This document shows, in pieces, positions 27,532 through 36,182 of a DNA stretch of 64,000 nt. The DNA is taken from NCBI GenBank assembly GCA_965208125.1, contig OZ242320.1:416001-480000 (forward strand). Direction: 5' to 3'. Numbering within the stretch: position 1 is the stretch's first letter; each line of letters begins with the position of its first letter. The translations under genes were made by a program, and so were the position numbers. Below the pieces are notes generated by a model. The model did not search any database, was not told the DNA's origin, and was given only the letters and a program-made list of their open reading frames with translations. This DNA comes from Candidatus Latescibacterota bacterium (GTDB lineage: Bacteria > Latescibacterota > UBA2968).

Positions 27532-28340
27532 GCCATATCTCCCAAACCCTGATCCTTCATCTTCCTCCTCACCAGCCACTCGACAATTTTGGGATGAATC
27601 AATTGCAACCATGGCAATGCGCGGTGGTGCCAGGGAAGCACCAATTCGCGCTTCTGTTTTCGCATAGCCTTCAAAATTGCCACACAACAATATTTAAGAG
27701 AAAGCGCCTCTTCATTGTGCCGCTGTGAGGAATCGCCCAGTGCTTCACCATCTTTCCCAAAAGCGTGTTGTCTCAGATTCGTCCCCTGAAGCCAATGCGG
27801 CAAGACCGTCAAAATATGTACGTCTTCCACTTCCAGACGCAGAGCGTTCAAAAAACCCAGCACCGCGTGCTTTGACGCGCCATATCCCGTGTGCAAAGGC
27901 ACGCCAAATTTGCTCTGCAAAGATGCAATGGCCACGATCAGGCCCTTCGAAACTTTTAAATGTGGCAATGCCGCATGCACGCAATAAACCAGACCGAGAT
28001 AATTGGTCTCCATCAGCTTGCGAAACACCTCCAAATCTTCCACCTCATCAAACCTCGCCCACATACTGATCCCGGCATTGGCAATCAAATAATCTATGCA
28101 ACCAAATTCTACAATCGTCGCCTCAACCAATTGCTCGCAATTTTCGATCTGTGTAACATCCCCCACCACTGTCACCACCTGCGCCCCCAACCGCCGACAC
28201 GCCTCAGCCGTCTCGCCCAGCTTTTCCTCTCGCCGTGCAAACAATGTTAGGTGTGCGCCCTGTTTCGCCAGTTCCAGAGCCAACGCAGCCCCAAGCCCCG
28301 AAGACGCGCCTGTAATAATCACTACCTTATCCCTAAACAT
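27528..28340 (-). CDS. SDR oxidoreductase, DHRS7/DHRS7B-like; candidate acyl/alkyl-DHAP reductase
   Basis: ITGASSGLG, ARR (NADP-type), NAG and YGASKHA..GF..LRLE motifs; last gene of the ether-lipid cassette. The specific function is inferred from context. Confidence 0.8.
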   Translation of the reverse strand: MFRDKVVIITGASSGLGAALALELAKQGAHLTLFARREEKLGETAEACRRLGAQVVTVVGDVTQIENCEQLVEATIVEFGCIDYLIANAGISMWARFDEVEDLEVFRKLMETNYLGLVYCVHAALPHLKVSKGLIVAIASLQSKFGVPLHTGYGASKHAVLGFLNALRLEVEDVHILTVLPHWLQGTNLRQHAFGKDGEALGDSSQRHNEEALSLKYCCVAILKAMRKQKRELVLPWHHRALPWLQLIHPKIVEWLVRRKMKDQGLGDMA

Positions 28341-28374
28341 CGCGCCATTCAAAATCAATAATTCCTTTCCATTC

Positions 28375-30207
28375 TCAATCCGCAAACGCCCCATTGCCAA
28401 TGGCGAAGATATTATTTGGATCCATCGCCTTTTTCATCTGCCGCAACACTGCAATGCTATTTTCGCTTTGAATCTGAGGCAAAAATCCACTGCGGAGTTT
28501 GCCCACGCCGTGATGGTGCGACAAAGACCCGCCGTAGTCTAAAATTTCCTGCCGCAACTGGCGCTCAATCGCGTGATAAACGCCAACCGAATCCTCAAGC
28601 CCCTGCGCGCAAAAACCCATTGTAAAATAAATGCACACGCCCGTGTGATAGGTCTGCGTCACGCGATAGGCCAGAAAGGGCTTGCCCGGCACGCCGTATT
28701 CTTCACACAAAACAACCAACTTCTTTTCCACCGCACCAATAACATCGTGAATATTAGTCCACGGCACAGAAGTCTCAAATGTCTCACCCAAAATGTGAAA
28801 CTGAGTAAAAAAATCGCGAATATACGCAATACCAAACGTCAACATATATCCCCGCTCGCCACGGCGCGCACCGCCCGAAATACCGCCGTACTTCTTCGCC
28901 AAACGGAAAATCGTCTTTTCCTGCTGCCGGACCTCGTCTTTTGTGCCCTCCATCACAATCGTACACGCCACCAACTGATTCGGATCAAAACCCTTGACCT
29001 TGACCAAAAAAAATTGCTGAATATCCTGCTGGAACTTCTTGAATCCTTTAGCCTCGGGCTTCAGCGCCTGTCCAAGATGAAATTCCGTATTGTTCACCAG
29101 CCGAATACTCGCCGGAATTTGTCCCGTCTGTCGAAGTGCCTTTAAGTAACCCACACCCCGTTCAAATGACGGAAACACCAACGAACCAAACGCCTGTGCT
29201 TCGGGCTGTTTGTGAATCTTTATCGTCGCCCGGGTAATAATCCCCAAATTGCCCTCACTTCCAAACAAAAACGACCGGGGCTGCACACCCGTCGAATTGC
29301 GCGGCGTCGCATGGTGTGTCTCCACCTCCCCCGTTGGCGTCACCAGCGTGGCCTCTATCACAATATCCTCAATATTGCCATACCGGTTCTTTTTCATACC
29401 ACTGGCATTGGTCGCAATCCATCCCCCCAGAGTTGAAAACTCCAGACTATCTGGATCGTGTCCCGACGTGTATCCCAGCTCATTCAGCGCAATCTCCAAT
29501 TGCTTACCCGAAATACCCGCTTGCACACACGCCTGAAAATTCTCTTCATCCACCTGCACAATGCGACTCATGCGGCGCATATCCACCGACGCGACCATCC
29601 GCGTCTCTGAAATAGGAACAGCGAGCGCACCGCTCACATTCGTCCCGCCGCCATAGGGCACCAGCACCACATTGTGGTCATTTGCAAGCTGAATAATAGC
29701 CTGAATATCCGCGTCTTCCTCTGGGAACAACACCACATCCACCAGGCGTTTGGGCGGCCGATGGTACAAAATTTGATACACCTCATCCACACTCAACTGT
29801 CCGTGGCTATGCACCAGACGCGCTATGTCCTCCTGAGAAACCCCATCTTCGTTGAGCGCATCGCGCACCGCCCTTAAAAATTCGTCATTTGCCACGGGTG
29901 TGGGCAAATCGCGGTGCTCGATCTCTTGCCCCATATCTTCGGGACGGATCGGCACATTGAGCACCTCTTCGACAAAAGGCAAAAAATACGGCATCCGATA
30001 GCCACACAGCGGATACCGCGTTCCCGTCACCTGCACAGTCCTGTCATCGTCAAACTCAAACCGCGTATCCTTATATCCCCACTTGTGTGCAAACCGCTCG
30101 CCTTCTGCTCCCTCAGAAAAACGGTCTTTGCTGGCAAAAGCGCGACGCCCCCGAACGAGCAAAAATACCATCACCAATAAAATTGCAACTATCATCAGTT
30201 CATTCAT
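28375..30207 (-). CDS. Alkyl-dihydroxyacetone-phosphate synthase (AGPS/ADAS), FAD-dependent, with N-terminal membrane anchor
   Basis: WGYKD, PYGGGT, GHDPDSLEFSTLGGWIATNASGMKKNRYGNIED, PASIRL, ETFETSVPW, RVTQTY..GVCIYF and GGSLSHHHGVGKLR match the eukaryotic AGPS motif set. Confidence 0.92.
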   Translation of the reverse strand: MNELMIVAILLVMVFLLVRGRRAFASKDRFSEGAEGERFAHKWGYKDTRFEFDDDRTVQVTGTRYPLCGYRMPYFLPFVEEVLNVPIRPEDMGQEIEHRDLPTPVANDEFLRAVRDALNEDGVSQEDIARLVHSHGQLSVDEVYQILYHRPPKRLVDVVLFPEEDADIQAIIQLANDHNVVLVPYGGGTNVSGALAVPISETRMVASVDMRRMSRIVQVDEENFQACVQAGISGKQLEIALNELGYTSGHDPDSLEFSTLGGWIATNASGMKKNRYGNIEDIVIEATLVTPTGEVETHHATPRNSTGVQPRSFLFGSEGNLGIITRATIKIHKQPEAQAFGSLVFPSFERGVGYLKALRQTGQIPASIRLVNNTEFHLGQALKPEAKGFKKFQQDIQQFFLVKVKGFDPNQLVACTIVMEGTKDEVRQQEKTIFRLAKKYGGISGGARRGERGYMLTFGIAYIRDFFTQFHILGETFETSVPWTNIHDVIGAVEKKLVVLCEEYGVPGKPFLAYRVTQTYHTGVCIYFTMGFCAQGLEDSVGVYHAIERQLRQEILDYGGSLSHHHGVGKLRSGFLPQIQSENSIAVLRQMKKAMDPNNIFAIGNGAFAD

Positions 30208-30223
30208 TTCGTACCTCACGTTT

Positions 30224-32164
30224 TCAAGACTCTTCCGGATTCAACAACGTCGCAATATGCACCGCTTGAAACAGCGCGGCAGCCTCGGACTGAATCCGCA
30301 GCGACCGTCTTTTGGGCAACAGGGTCGTCTCTCCCAGCATAGGCGGCGAGACCCACACATCGACCTGCCCCGGGTTGATATTGATATTGCCTTTTGGACA
30401 TTTGGGCCACAGCGCGTGAAGCCCGCGGTAGGCAATCGGTACAATCACCACATCCTGGGGCAATTGTGCAAACACTCCGTGTTGAAGCGGAAATTGTTGA
30501 AGCGCAAAAGCCGCGGTCGTCGCCATCGGATAAATAACGCCCGGTCGCTCTGTCAATGCCTGTGCCACGCGCTGTGTCGTATGGCCCGCAGCATGGGACC
30601 GCTCGAGCATCACATAGCCATCGACATTTTCCAAAATCTGATCAAAGACCTCCGACGTCATCCCAAACTGCGTGATCTGTTTCGACCCAATTTTGATACC
30701 CGAACGCGCCAGCCCCGTACGCGCCAGAATTACACAAGGTTCGGGTCTTTCCCACCCCATCGCATCCAAAAATTTCCGAGACTGCAAAACCCTGTACAAA
30801 ACGGGATGATCAAACAAACTCTGATGCGTTGGCAAAAAAATAAGACGCCGATCTTCCGTATCGGCTCCCAAATCTCGTACAATGGCTTCAAAATGGGGAT
30901 CGATATAAATATCAACGCGAATATCAAAAATATCCAGCGTGCGACGCCCCCAATCGAGCCAGGTGCGCCATCCAGCTTCGCGGCGACGAATGGGATCGGC
31001 TTCTCTTTCCAACAATTTCTTCTTTTTTCGTCCCACCTTGAGTGAAGTCCCCATCCACCTGACAAAACGCATTCCTCGCTGCAATTTCGAAAATTCCCCT
31101 CGACGCCCGACATCGGAATATTCCAAAAATCGTCCCCGCGCCGTATCTGCGAGCAAAGCGGGAATTTCCACACGCGAAACACTTTGCCCAATGCTATCAA
31201 TTTGCGCGTTCACATCGCATATCAGCTTAACCGACAAATCAATCATATCTCGCGTCAAATAACTATACTCCTGCCCATACCAGTACAACCGGGGACGCAG
31301 CCTGGTGGGATCTTCCTGATGCGCGTGCAAAAATTCAATCAACAATGCCTTGATGTGCAACACATCATCATCTATCCCATTCAGTTCCACATCGTCGCGC
31401 AACTGAGCTAAAGCCACCTCTGCATCCACAATAACCTTCCACACCGACACGCCAAACCAGCCAAAATTTGTCAAATAATTATACCGCGTTGACAGCAGCC
31501 CTCCCGCAGCAATCAAATCGAGCGTGCGCTGTGCCACATCTTGCAACAAATCGCGCAAAGTGCCCACAATCTGCGCGCCATCTCGTTCACAACTGTACTC
31601 CTCGGCCCAGTGTGCACCCTCATCTGCCTCCACATTGCTAAGAACCTCTGCAACGGCGCGGGCATGCGACATCGGCACCTGTGTAATATGCACCTGAGCC
31701 AGAGCCTCTTCAACGGCTTCGGGCGCGTGCAACTCCGCCTGTGCCAGAGCCTTCAAATACAGAGATTGATATAACTTTAAAAAATCTTTCGCATCCCCGC
31801 GTCCGCGCTCGACAAATTGTCGCCGAAGTTGCAAATAAATTCGGCTGCCCGTGTGATATTGCGGAAGCAACTCCGCAAAAGGACGATACGCCTCGTCCAA
31901 ACGCTCATTGCGAACCTCAGGCAGGCCTTGAAAAATCGCATCCACAAGCTGAGCGCGAAATTGTAGTGCCTCCATATCCATTGCCCCGCTCTGACTTTTG
32001 GGCCAGACCAGCGCATCTGGATCGAACTCGTCAAAATAGCCATCGTGACGCACGGCTTCGAGCATAAGCTGAACCGATTGGTCATAAACAGCCAACATCT
32101 GCTCCAGATCGTCGAGCAGTGTTTCGTGCAATGGACGAGTATCCGATTTATTGCGTGGGGTCAT
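30224..32164 (-). CDS. PlsC-superfamily glycerolipid acyltransferase with a large N-terminal helical region; candidate DHAP acyltransferase
   Basis: LIFLPTHQSLFD (HX4D motif I), VIYPMAT (motif III variant) and IVPIAYRG (motif IV); lies between FAR and AGPS. Confidence 0.75.
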   Translation of the reverse strand: MTPRNKSDTRPLHETLLDDLEQMLAVYDQSVQLMLEAVRHDGYFDEFDPDALVWPKSQSGAMDMEALQFRAQLVDAIFQGLPEVRNERLDEAYRPFAELLPQYHTGSRIYLQLRRQFVERGRGDAKDFLKLYQSLYLKALAQAELHAPEAVEEALAQVHITQVPMSHARAVAEVLSNVEADEGAHWAEEYSCERDGAQIVGTLRDLLQDVAQRTLDLIAAGGLLSTRYNYLTNFGWFGVSVWKVIVDAEVALAQLRDDVELNGIDDDVLHIKALLIEFLHAHQEDPTRLRPRLYWYGQEYSYLTRDMIDLSVKLICDVNAQIDSIGQSVSRVEIPALLADTARGRFLEYSDVGRRGEFSKLQRGMRFVRWMGTSLKVGRKKKKLLEREADPIRRREAGWRTWLDWGRRTLDIFDIRVDIYIDPHFEAIVRDLGADTEDRRLIFLPTHQSLFDHPVLYRVLQSRKFLDAMGWERPEPCVILARTGLARSGIKIGSKQITQFGMTSEVFDQILENVDGYVMLERSHAAGHTTQRVAQALTERPGVIYPMATTAAFALQQFPLQHGVFAQLPQDVVIVPIAYRGLHALWPKCPKGNININPGQVDVWVSPPMLGETTLLPKRRSLRIQSEAAALFQAVHIATLLNPEES

Positions 32165-32173
32165 AAGAGAAAC

Positions 32174-33778
32174 CTAAACACCCGTCTTGAGCACATGGCG
32201 TTGCAAGCCGGGAATGTGAATATCCTTTACGTAAACGGGCCAATCTATGCGCGAAATATCACAATTAAAAATCTCTTTATCTTCTGCATCCATACTGTCA
32301 AACAACTGATTCATATTGTCGTTTTGAAACACGCAATCCAGAGAAATATAAGAACCGTAAATATCGGTAAGCGACAGCGTATTTTCCAAAGTGGCATTCA
32401 AAATCGACAAATGGCGTTTGTGCTTTGAAACATCAACCAGCGGCACCAAATTCAGTGCTCGTTGCAAAATTTTGAGTGGCAACTGATACTTATAGCGCAA
32501 CTTTCGACGAAATTGTGACAGCGTCGGATAGGTCCACCGCGTTACCGCAATGGGGTTGCCATTGCGATCGTGCATTGGATTGTTCACAAAATACTCGTAC
32601 ACATACTGAACGACCTCACCCACCGTGACCGGATTTTTTGCACTTGTTGTCACATGATAAACCTTCAAATCGGCATTTGCACGGATGGAAGGCAAAACAC
32701 CGATAATCACATTGATAATAATATCCACGGGAATAACGTCTAAAACCGCTTCTGGACGCGCAGGAAAATCATTCAAACGCCCCTTGCCGTAGTGTACGAT
32801 AAGTGGATCGGCCACTTTTAGTCCCTCCAGCCATCCCGGTTCTGGATCGGACAAACTGCTCTCAATAATAGAAGGGCGTACGATCACGGTTGGCAAATCA
32901 CCCCGAATCTTGGCAACCATCTGCTCACCCATGGCCTTGGTAAAAGAATAACTGTCGTGCCAGCCCAACTCTCGTCCGCGCTTTATGCCCCGTGCCACCA
33001 TCCGTTCCCGCACCCAACGCTGGCGCAAAGCCTCCAACTGGTGTTCCCGCCGATGCGCTGTAACGCGCTTGCCCCGATCCTGCCGGTCCAGCAACCGCGT
33101 AAATTCCGCAAAGCGCTCGGGGCTTCGCGACGCCGCCTCTACTTCGTGGCTATACGCCAGAATAGCTTCAACTTCCGAATCCAGACTATAATCGGGCGCG
33201 CGACCATTTTCCATCTGTTGTGCCACCGTTTGATCGGGTACGGGCGCGTCTTCAGAAATGATCCTCTTTTGTCGTCCATTGACATAAGCCGTCGAAACAT
33301 GCACCAGCACAGCATCTCGACACGCTTTGGCAAATTCGACAACGCGCTTGGCTCCAAGTGTATTTTGCGCCAGAGCCAGATCCAGTGGTGCATCAAAAAC
33401 CACATTGGCCGCGCTGTTAATCACAACATCGACTTCACGGGTCAACCGCGCATATGTCTCCTCGTCCATGCCGAGGTGGTCTTGTGTCAAATCGCTCGGC
33501 ACTGCAATGACCTTTTCGCGCATCACAGCGTCAAAACGATTCCCGAGTTCTGCGCGCAATCGCGCAAAAGCACTGGATTGCAAAATCTCCCTTTGCAGTC
33601 GGTCTTCGGCACTAATGGGCTTGCCCCCTCCCCGACTTTGAGGCCGCACCATGAGATAAATGCGCCCAATATCTGGCGCTTGGCAAAGGATTTTTCCCAC
33701 CAATCCCTTGGCCAAAAAACCGGTTGCACCCGTAATAAAAAGAACTTTGTGGTTCAAAAATGGAATGACAACACTCAT
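32174..33778 (-). CDS. Alcohol-forming fatty acyl-CoA/ACP reductase (FAR, NAD_binding_4 + Sterile domain)
   Basis: ITGATGFLAK, HVSTAYV, YSFTKAMGE, IVRPSII, PEPGW and DVIPVD motifs; C-terminal FNCDISRIDW. Confidence 0.92.
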   Translation of the reverse strand: MSVVIPFLNHKVLFITGATGFLAKGLVGKILCQAPDIGRIYLMVRPQSRGGGKPISAEDRLQREILQSSAFARLRAELGNRFDAVMREKVIAVPSDLTQDHLGMDEETYARLTREVDVVINSAANVVFDAPLDLALAQNTLGAKRVVEFAKACRDAVLVHVSTAYVNGRQKRIISEDAPVPDQTVAQQMENGRAPDYSLDSEVEAILAYSHEVEAASRSPERFAEFTRLLDRQDRGKRVTAHRREHQLEALRQRWVRERMVARGIKRGRELGWHDSYSFTKAMGEQMVAKIRGDLPTVIVRPSIIESSLSDPEPGWLEGLKVADPLIVHYGKGRLNDFPARPEAVLDVIPVDIIINVIIGVLPSIRANADLKVYHVTTSAKNPVTVGEVVQYVYEYFVNNPMHDRNGNPIAVTRWTYPTLSQFRRKLRYKYQLPLKILQRALNLVPLVDVSKHKRHLSILNATLENTLSLTDIYGSYISLDCVFQNDNMNQLFDSMDAEDKEIFNCDISRIDWPVYVKDIHIPGLQRHVLKTGV

Positions 33779-33846
33779 AAAAAGACCCCGGCGTCCAAAA
33801 AATTAAACCGCAACAGCGCGAAAAAGTACCTTCTCAAAGTGCTCTA

Positions 33847-33875
33847 ATTAAAGACGTACATTGGACTTGTGTCAA
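33847..33875 (-). promoter_or_regulatory. Putative sigma70 promoter of the FAR-AGPS operon
   Basis: TTGACA (33875-33870), 17-nt spacer, TTTAAT (33852-33847). Confidence 0.6.
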
Positions 33876-33923
33876 CCTCTTTCTCGCGCAGTTTACAAGC
33901 GCAAATCCTTATCAAAAATGGGG

Positions 33924-33952
33924 TTGACAAAAAAAAGCTCAACTCCTATCTT
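33924..33952 (+). promoter_or_regulatory. Putative sigma70 promoter of the ndk-fab operon
   Basis: TTGACA (33924-33929), 17-nt spacer, TATCTT (33947-33952). Confidence 0.6.
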
Positions 33953-34000
33953 GTCCACCTTTGAGCCGATATGAGCCTATTTTTTATACGGATTTTATGC

Positions 34001-34399
34001 ATGGAACGCACTTTGCTCATCGTCAAACCCGACGCTGTTGCACAAAATGTAATCGGTGAAATTATTCGCCGTCTCGAAAAAAAAAGCTTTCGAATTGTAA
34101 ATCTTGAAATGGTTCGCCTCACGCGCAAACAGGCTGCCGAGTTTTATGCAGTACATTGCCAACGGCCTTTTTACAACGACCTGCTCGATTTTATGACCTC
34201 CGGTCCCTGTGTACCCATGGCACTCGAGCGAGACAACGCCGTCGCATTTTTGCGCGAAGTCATTGGCAGCACCAATCCCGAAGAAGCCGCAGAAGGAACC
34301 ATTCGCAAAGACTTTGCAACCGATATTCAAAACAATGCCGTACACGCCTCAGATTCACTGGAAAATGCAGCCAAAGAAGTGACTTTCTTTTTTGGTTAA
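34001..34399 (+). CDS. ndk: Nucleoside diphosphate kinase
   Basis: MERTLLIVKPDAV, FMTSGP, GTIR and NAVHASDS motifs. Confidence 0.96.
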   Translation: MERTLLIVKPDAVAQNVIGEIIRRLEKKSFRIVNLEMVRLTRKQAAEFYAVHCQRPFYNDLLDFMTSGPCVPMALERDNAVAFLREVIGSTNPEEAAEGTIRKDFATDIQNNAVHASDSLENAAKEVTFFFG

Positions 34400-34416
34400 A
34401 AGCATTCATCTACCTT

Positions 34417-34932
34417 ATGAAAATCGACCTGAGAGATATACAGGAAGGCGAGACCGAACTTTCGTTTGAAGAAACGCCTGCCGACCTGCACATTACCGGA
34501 GAAGACACCCCATTTGCAGGTGCCATAAACACCCGTCTCGTCGTGTACAAATTTGGCGACTCGCTCTCTGCCAAAGGGCAAACCACCTGTCTGGTGCGCC
34601 CCGAATGCGCGCGGTGCCTGGAAACCATCGAATTTCCCATCGCCATCTCATACACATTCGTTTTTCAAAAAGGTCGTCCCGACCAGATGAACGATGACGA
34701 TGACGAAACGCTAATCTGGCTCAATGAAGAACCCGGCGAAATAGACCTGGGCAATGACGTGAAAGATTATATTTTGCTCGAACTACCCATGATTCCAACA
34801 TGCGCTGCATCGCCTTCTGGCCCTTGTGAACGCTATGAGCAAGACCCCCAGGAATTGCTGGAATACACGCGTGAAAAGAGCCACGACCCGCGTTGGGATG
34901 CTCTCCGCGCACTAAAAGAAAACGCACAGTAA
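34417..34932 (+). CDS. yceD: DUF177/YceD-family protein
   Basis: CARCL, LLELPM..C and DPRWDALRAL motifs; directly upstream of rpmF. Confidence 0.9.
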   Translation: MKIDLRDIQEGETELSFEETPADLHITGEDTPFAGAINTRLVVYKFGDSLSAKGQTTCLVRPECARCLETIEFPIAISYTFVFQKGRPDQMNDDDDETLIWLNEEPGEIDLGNDVKDYILLELPMIPTCAASPSGPCERYEQDPQELLEYTREKSHDPRWDALRALKENAQ

Positions 34933-34962
34933 ACAGAGCAACTATTAAAAAGGAATACCACC

Positions 34963-35145
34963 ATGGCCAACCCCAAACGAAAAAGTTCAAATTCCCGCAC
35001 AGGTAAACGCCGTGCCAATTGGAAGCTGCGTCAACCCACTTTTAACGAATGTCCCAACTGTGGGCAGCAAAAAATACCCCATCGGGTCTGTGGAAATTGC
35101 GGTTATTACAATGGGCGCGAAGTGGTTGAAACCGATGGCTTTTAA
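34963..35145 (+). CDS. rpmF: 50S ribosomal protein L32 (zinc-ribbon form)
   Basis: [12 protein letters not shown]; CPNCG...[13 protein letters not shown]. Confidence 0.97.
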   Translation: MANPKRKSSNSRTGKRRANWKLRQPTFNECPNCGQQKIPHRVCGNCGYYNGREVVETDGF

Positions 35146-35189
35146 TTTGGGTCTAAAGTTGCGCAGACTTTGAGGAGCAGAGAATTATC

Positions 35190-36182
35190 ATGTATCCCCT
35201 TGCAGCCACCATCACCGGGGTTGGGCACTATGTCCCAGAACAAAAGTTGACCAATACCGACCTCGAAAAAATAGTCGATACATCCGACGAGTGGATCACA
35301 TCCCGCACCGGCATCAAAGAACGTCGCATTCTCGACGAGGGATTGGGCACGTCTTTTATGGCTCTAAAATCTCTGGAAGCCATTCTGCACAGCAAAGGAC
35401 TCGATGCCAGAGATATCGACCTGATCATCGTTGCAACCATCACGCCCGACATGTTATTTCCATCAACGGCCTGTCTGGTACAGGACCAAATTGGTGCCAC
35501 AAATGCCTGGGCTTTTGATCTGGCAGCAGCCTGTAGCGGTTTTTTATATGCTCTGATGGTGGGGGGGCAATTTATTGAAACGGGCGCACACAAACGCGTA
35601 GTCGTCATTGGAGCCGACAAAATGAGCAGCATTACAGACTACACCGACCGCGACACCTGTGTGCTCTTTGGCGATGGCGCAGGCGCCGTTTTACTCGAAC
35701 CCGGCGAACCCGGTTTGGGGCTTAAAGACTTTATCCTCTATTCTGATGGCAGCGGCGTAAAACATCTGCGACAACCCGCTGGCGGCAGTGTGCTTCCGGC
35801 CTCTCGTAAAACCGTTGAAAAAAAAATGCACTATATTTATCAAGATGGCCGCGAAGTTTTCAAATTTGCAGTCCCCAAAATGGCCGAAGTTTCCGCTCAA
35901 ATTCTCGAACGCAACGGCCTGGTCGGCAAAGACATCGCGCTTTTTGTACCGCACCAGGCCAACAAACGCATCATTGACGCATGTGTCAAACGCACAGATA
36001 TACCCGAAGATCGCGTTGTGGTCAATATCGACCGCTATGCCAACACCTCTGCTGCCACCATTCCCATCGGCCTGTCTGAAGCAGTCGAACAGGGCCGCCT
36101 CAGCCGCGGTGACAATGTGCTGTTCGCCAGTGCCGGTGCGGGATATACCTGGGGCAGCACCCTGCTAACCTGGGCTTATTAA
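35190..36182 (+). CDS. fabH: 3-oxoacyl-ACP synthase III
   Basis: DTSDEWI..RTGIKERR, AACSGF, LFGDGAGA, PHQANKRII and NTSAA motifs. Confidence 0.96.
   Translation: MYPLAATITGVGHYVPEQKLTNTDLEKIVDTSDEWITSRTGIKERRILDEGLGTSFMALKSLEAILHSKGLDARDIDLIIVATITPDMLFPSTACLVQDQIGATNAWAFDLAAACSGFLYALMVGGQFIETGAHKRVVVIGADKMSSITDYTDRDTCVLFGDGAGAVLLEPGEPGLGLKDFILYSDGSGVKHLRQPAGGSVLPASRKTVEKKMHYIYQDGREVFKFAVPKMAEVSAQILERNGLVGKDIALFVPHQANKRIIDACVKRTDIPEDRVVVNIDRYANTSAATIPIGLSEAVEQGRLSRGDNVLFASAGAGYTWGSTLLTWAY

Noticed and set aside
27528-33778. Plasmalogen (vinyl-ether) or wax-ester synthesis as the operon's product
   Set aside because: No CarF/TMEM189 desaturase, PlsA/R or WS/DGAT (HHXXXDG) gene in the window; only alkyl-ether formation is supported.
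30083-33847. Long plus-strand ORFs 30083..31045 and 32957..33847 (similarly 4054..4905, and minus-strand 41784..42548 and 50647..51423)
   Set aside because: They are antisense shadows of well-supported genes and contain no recognisable motifs.
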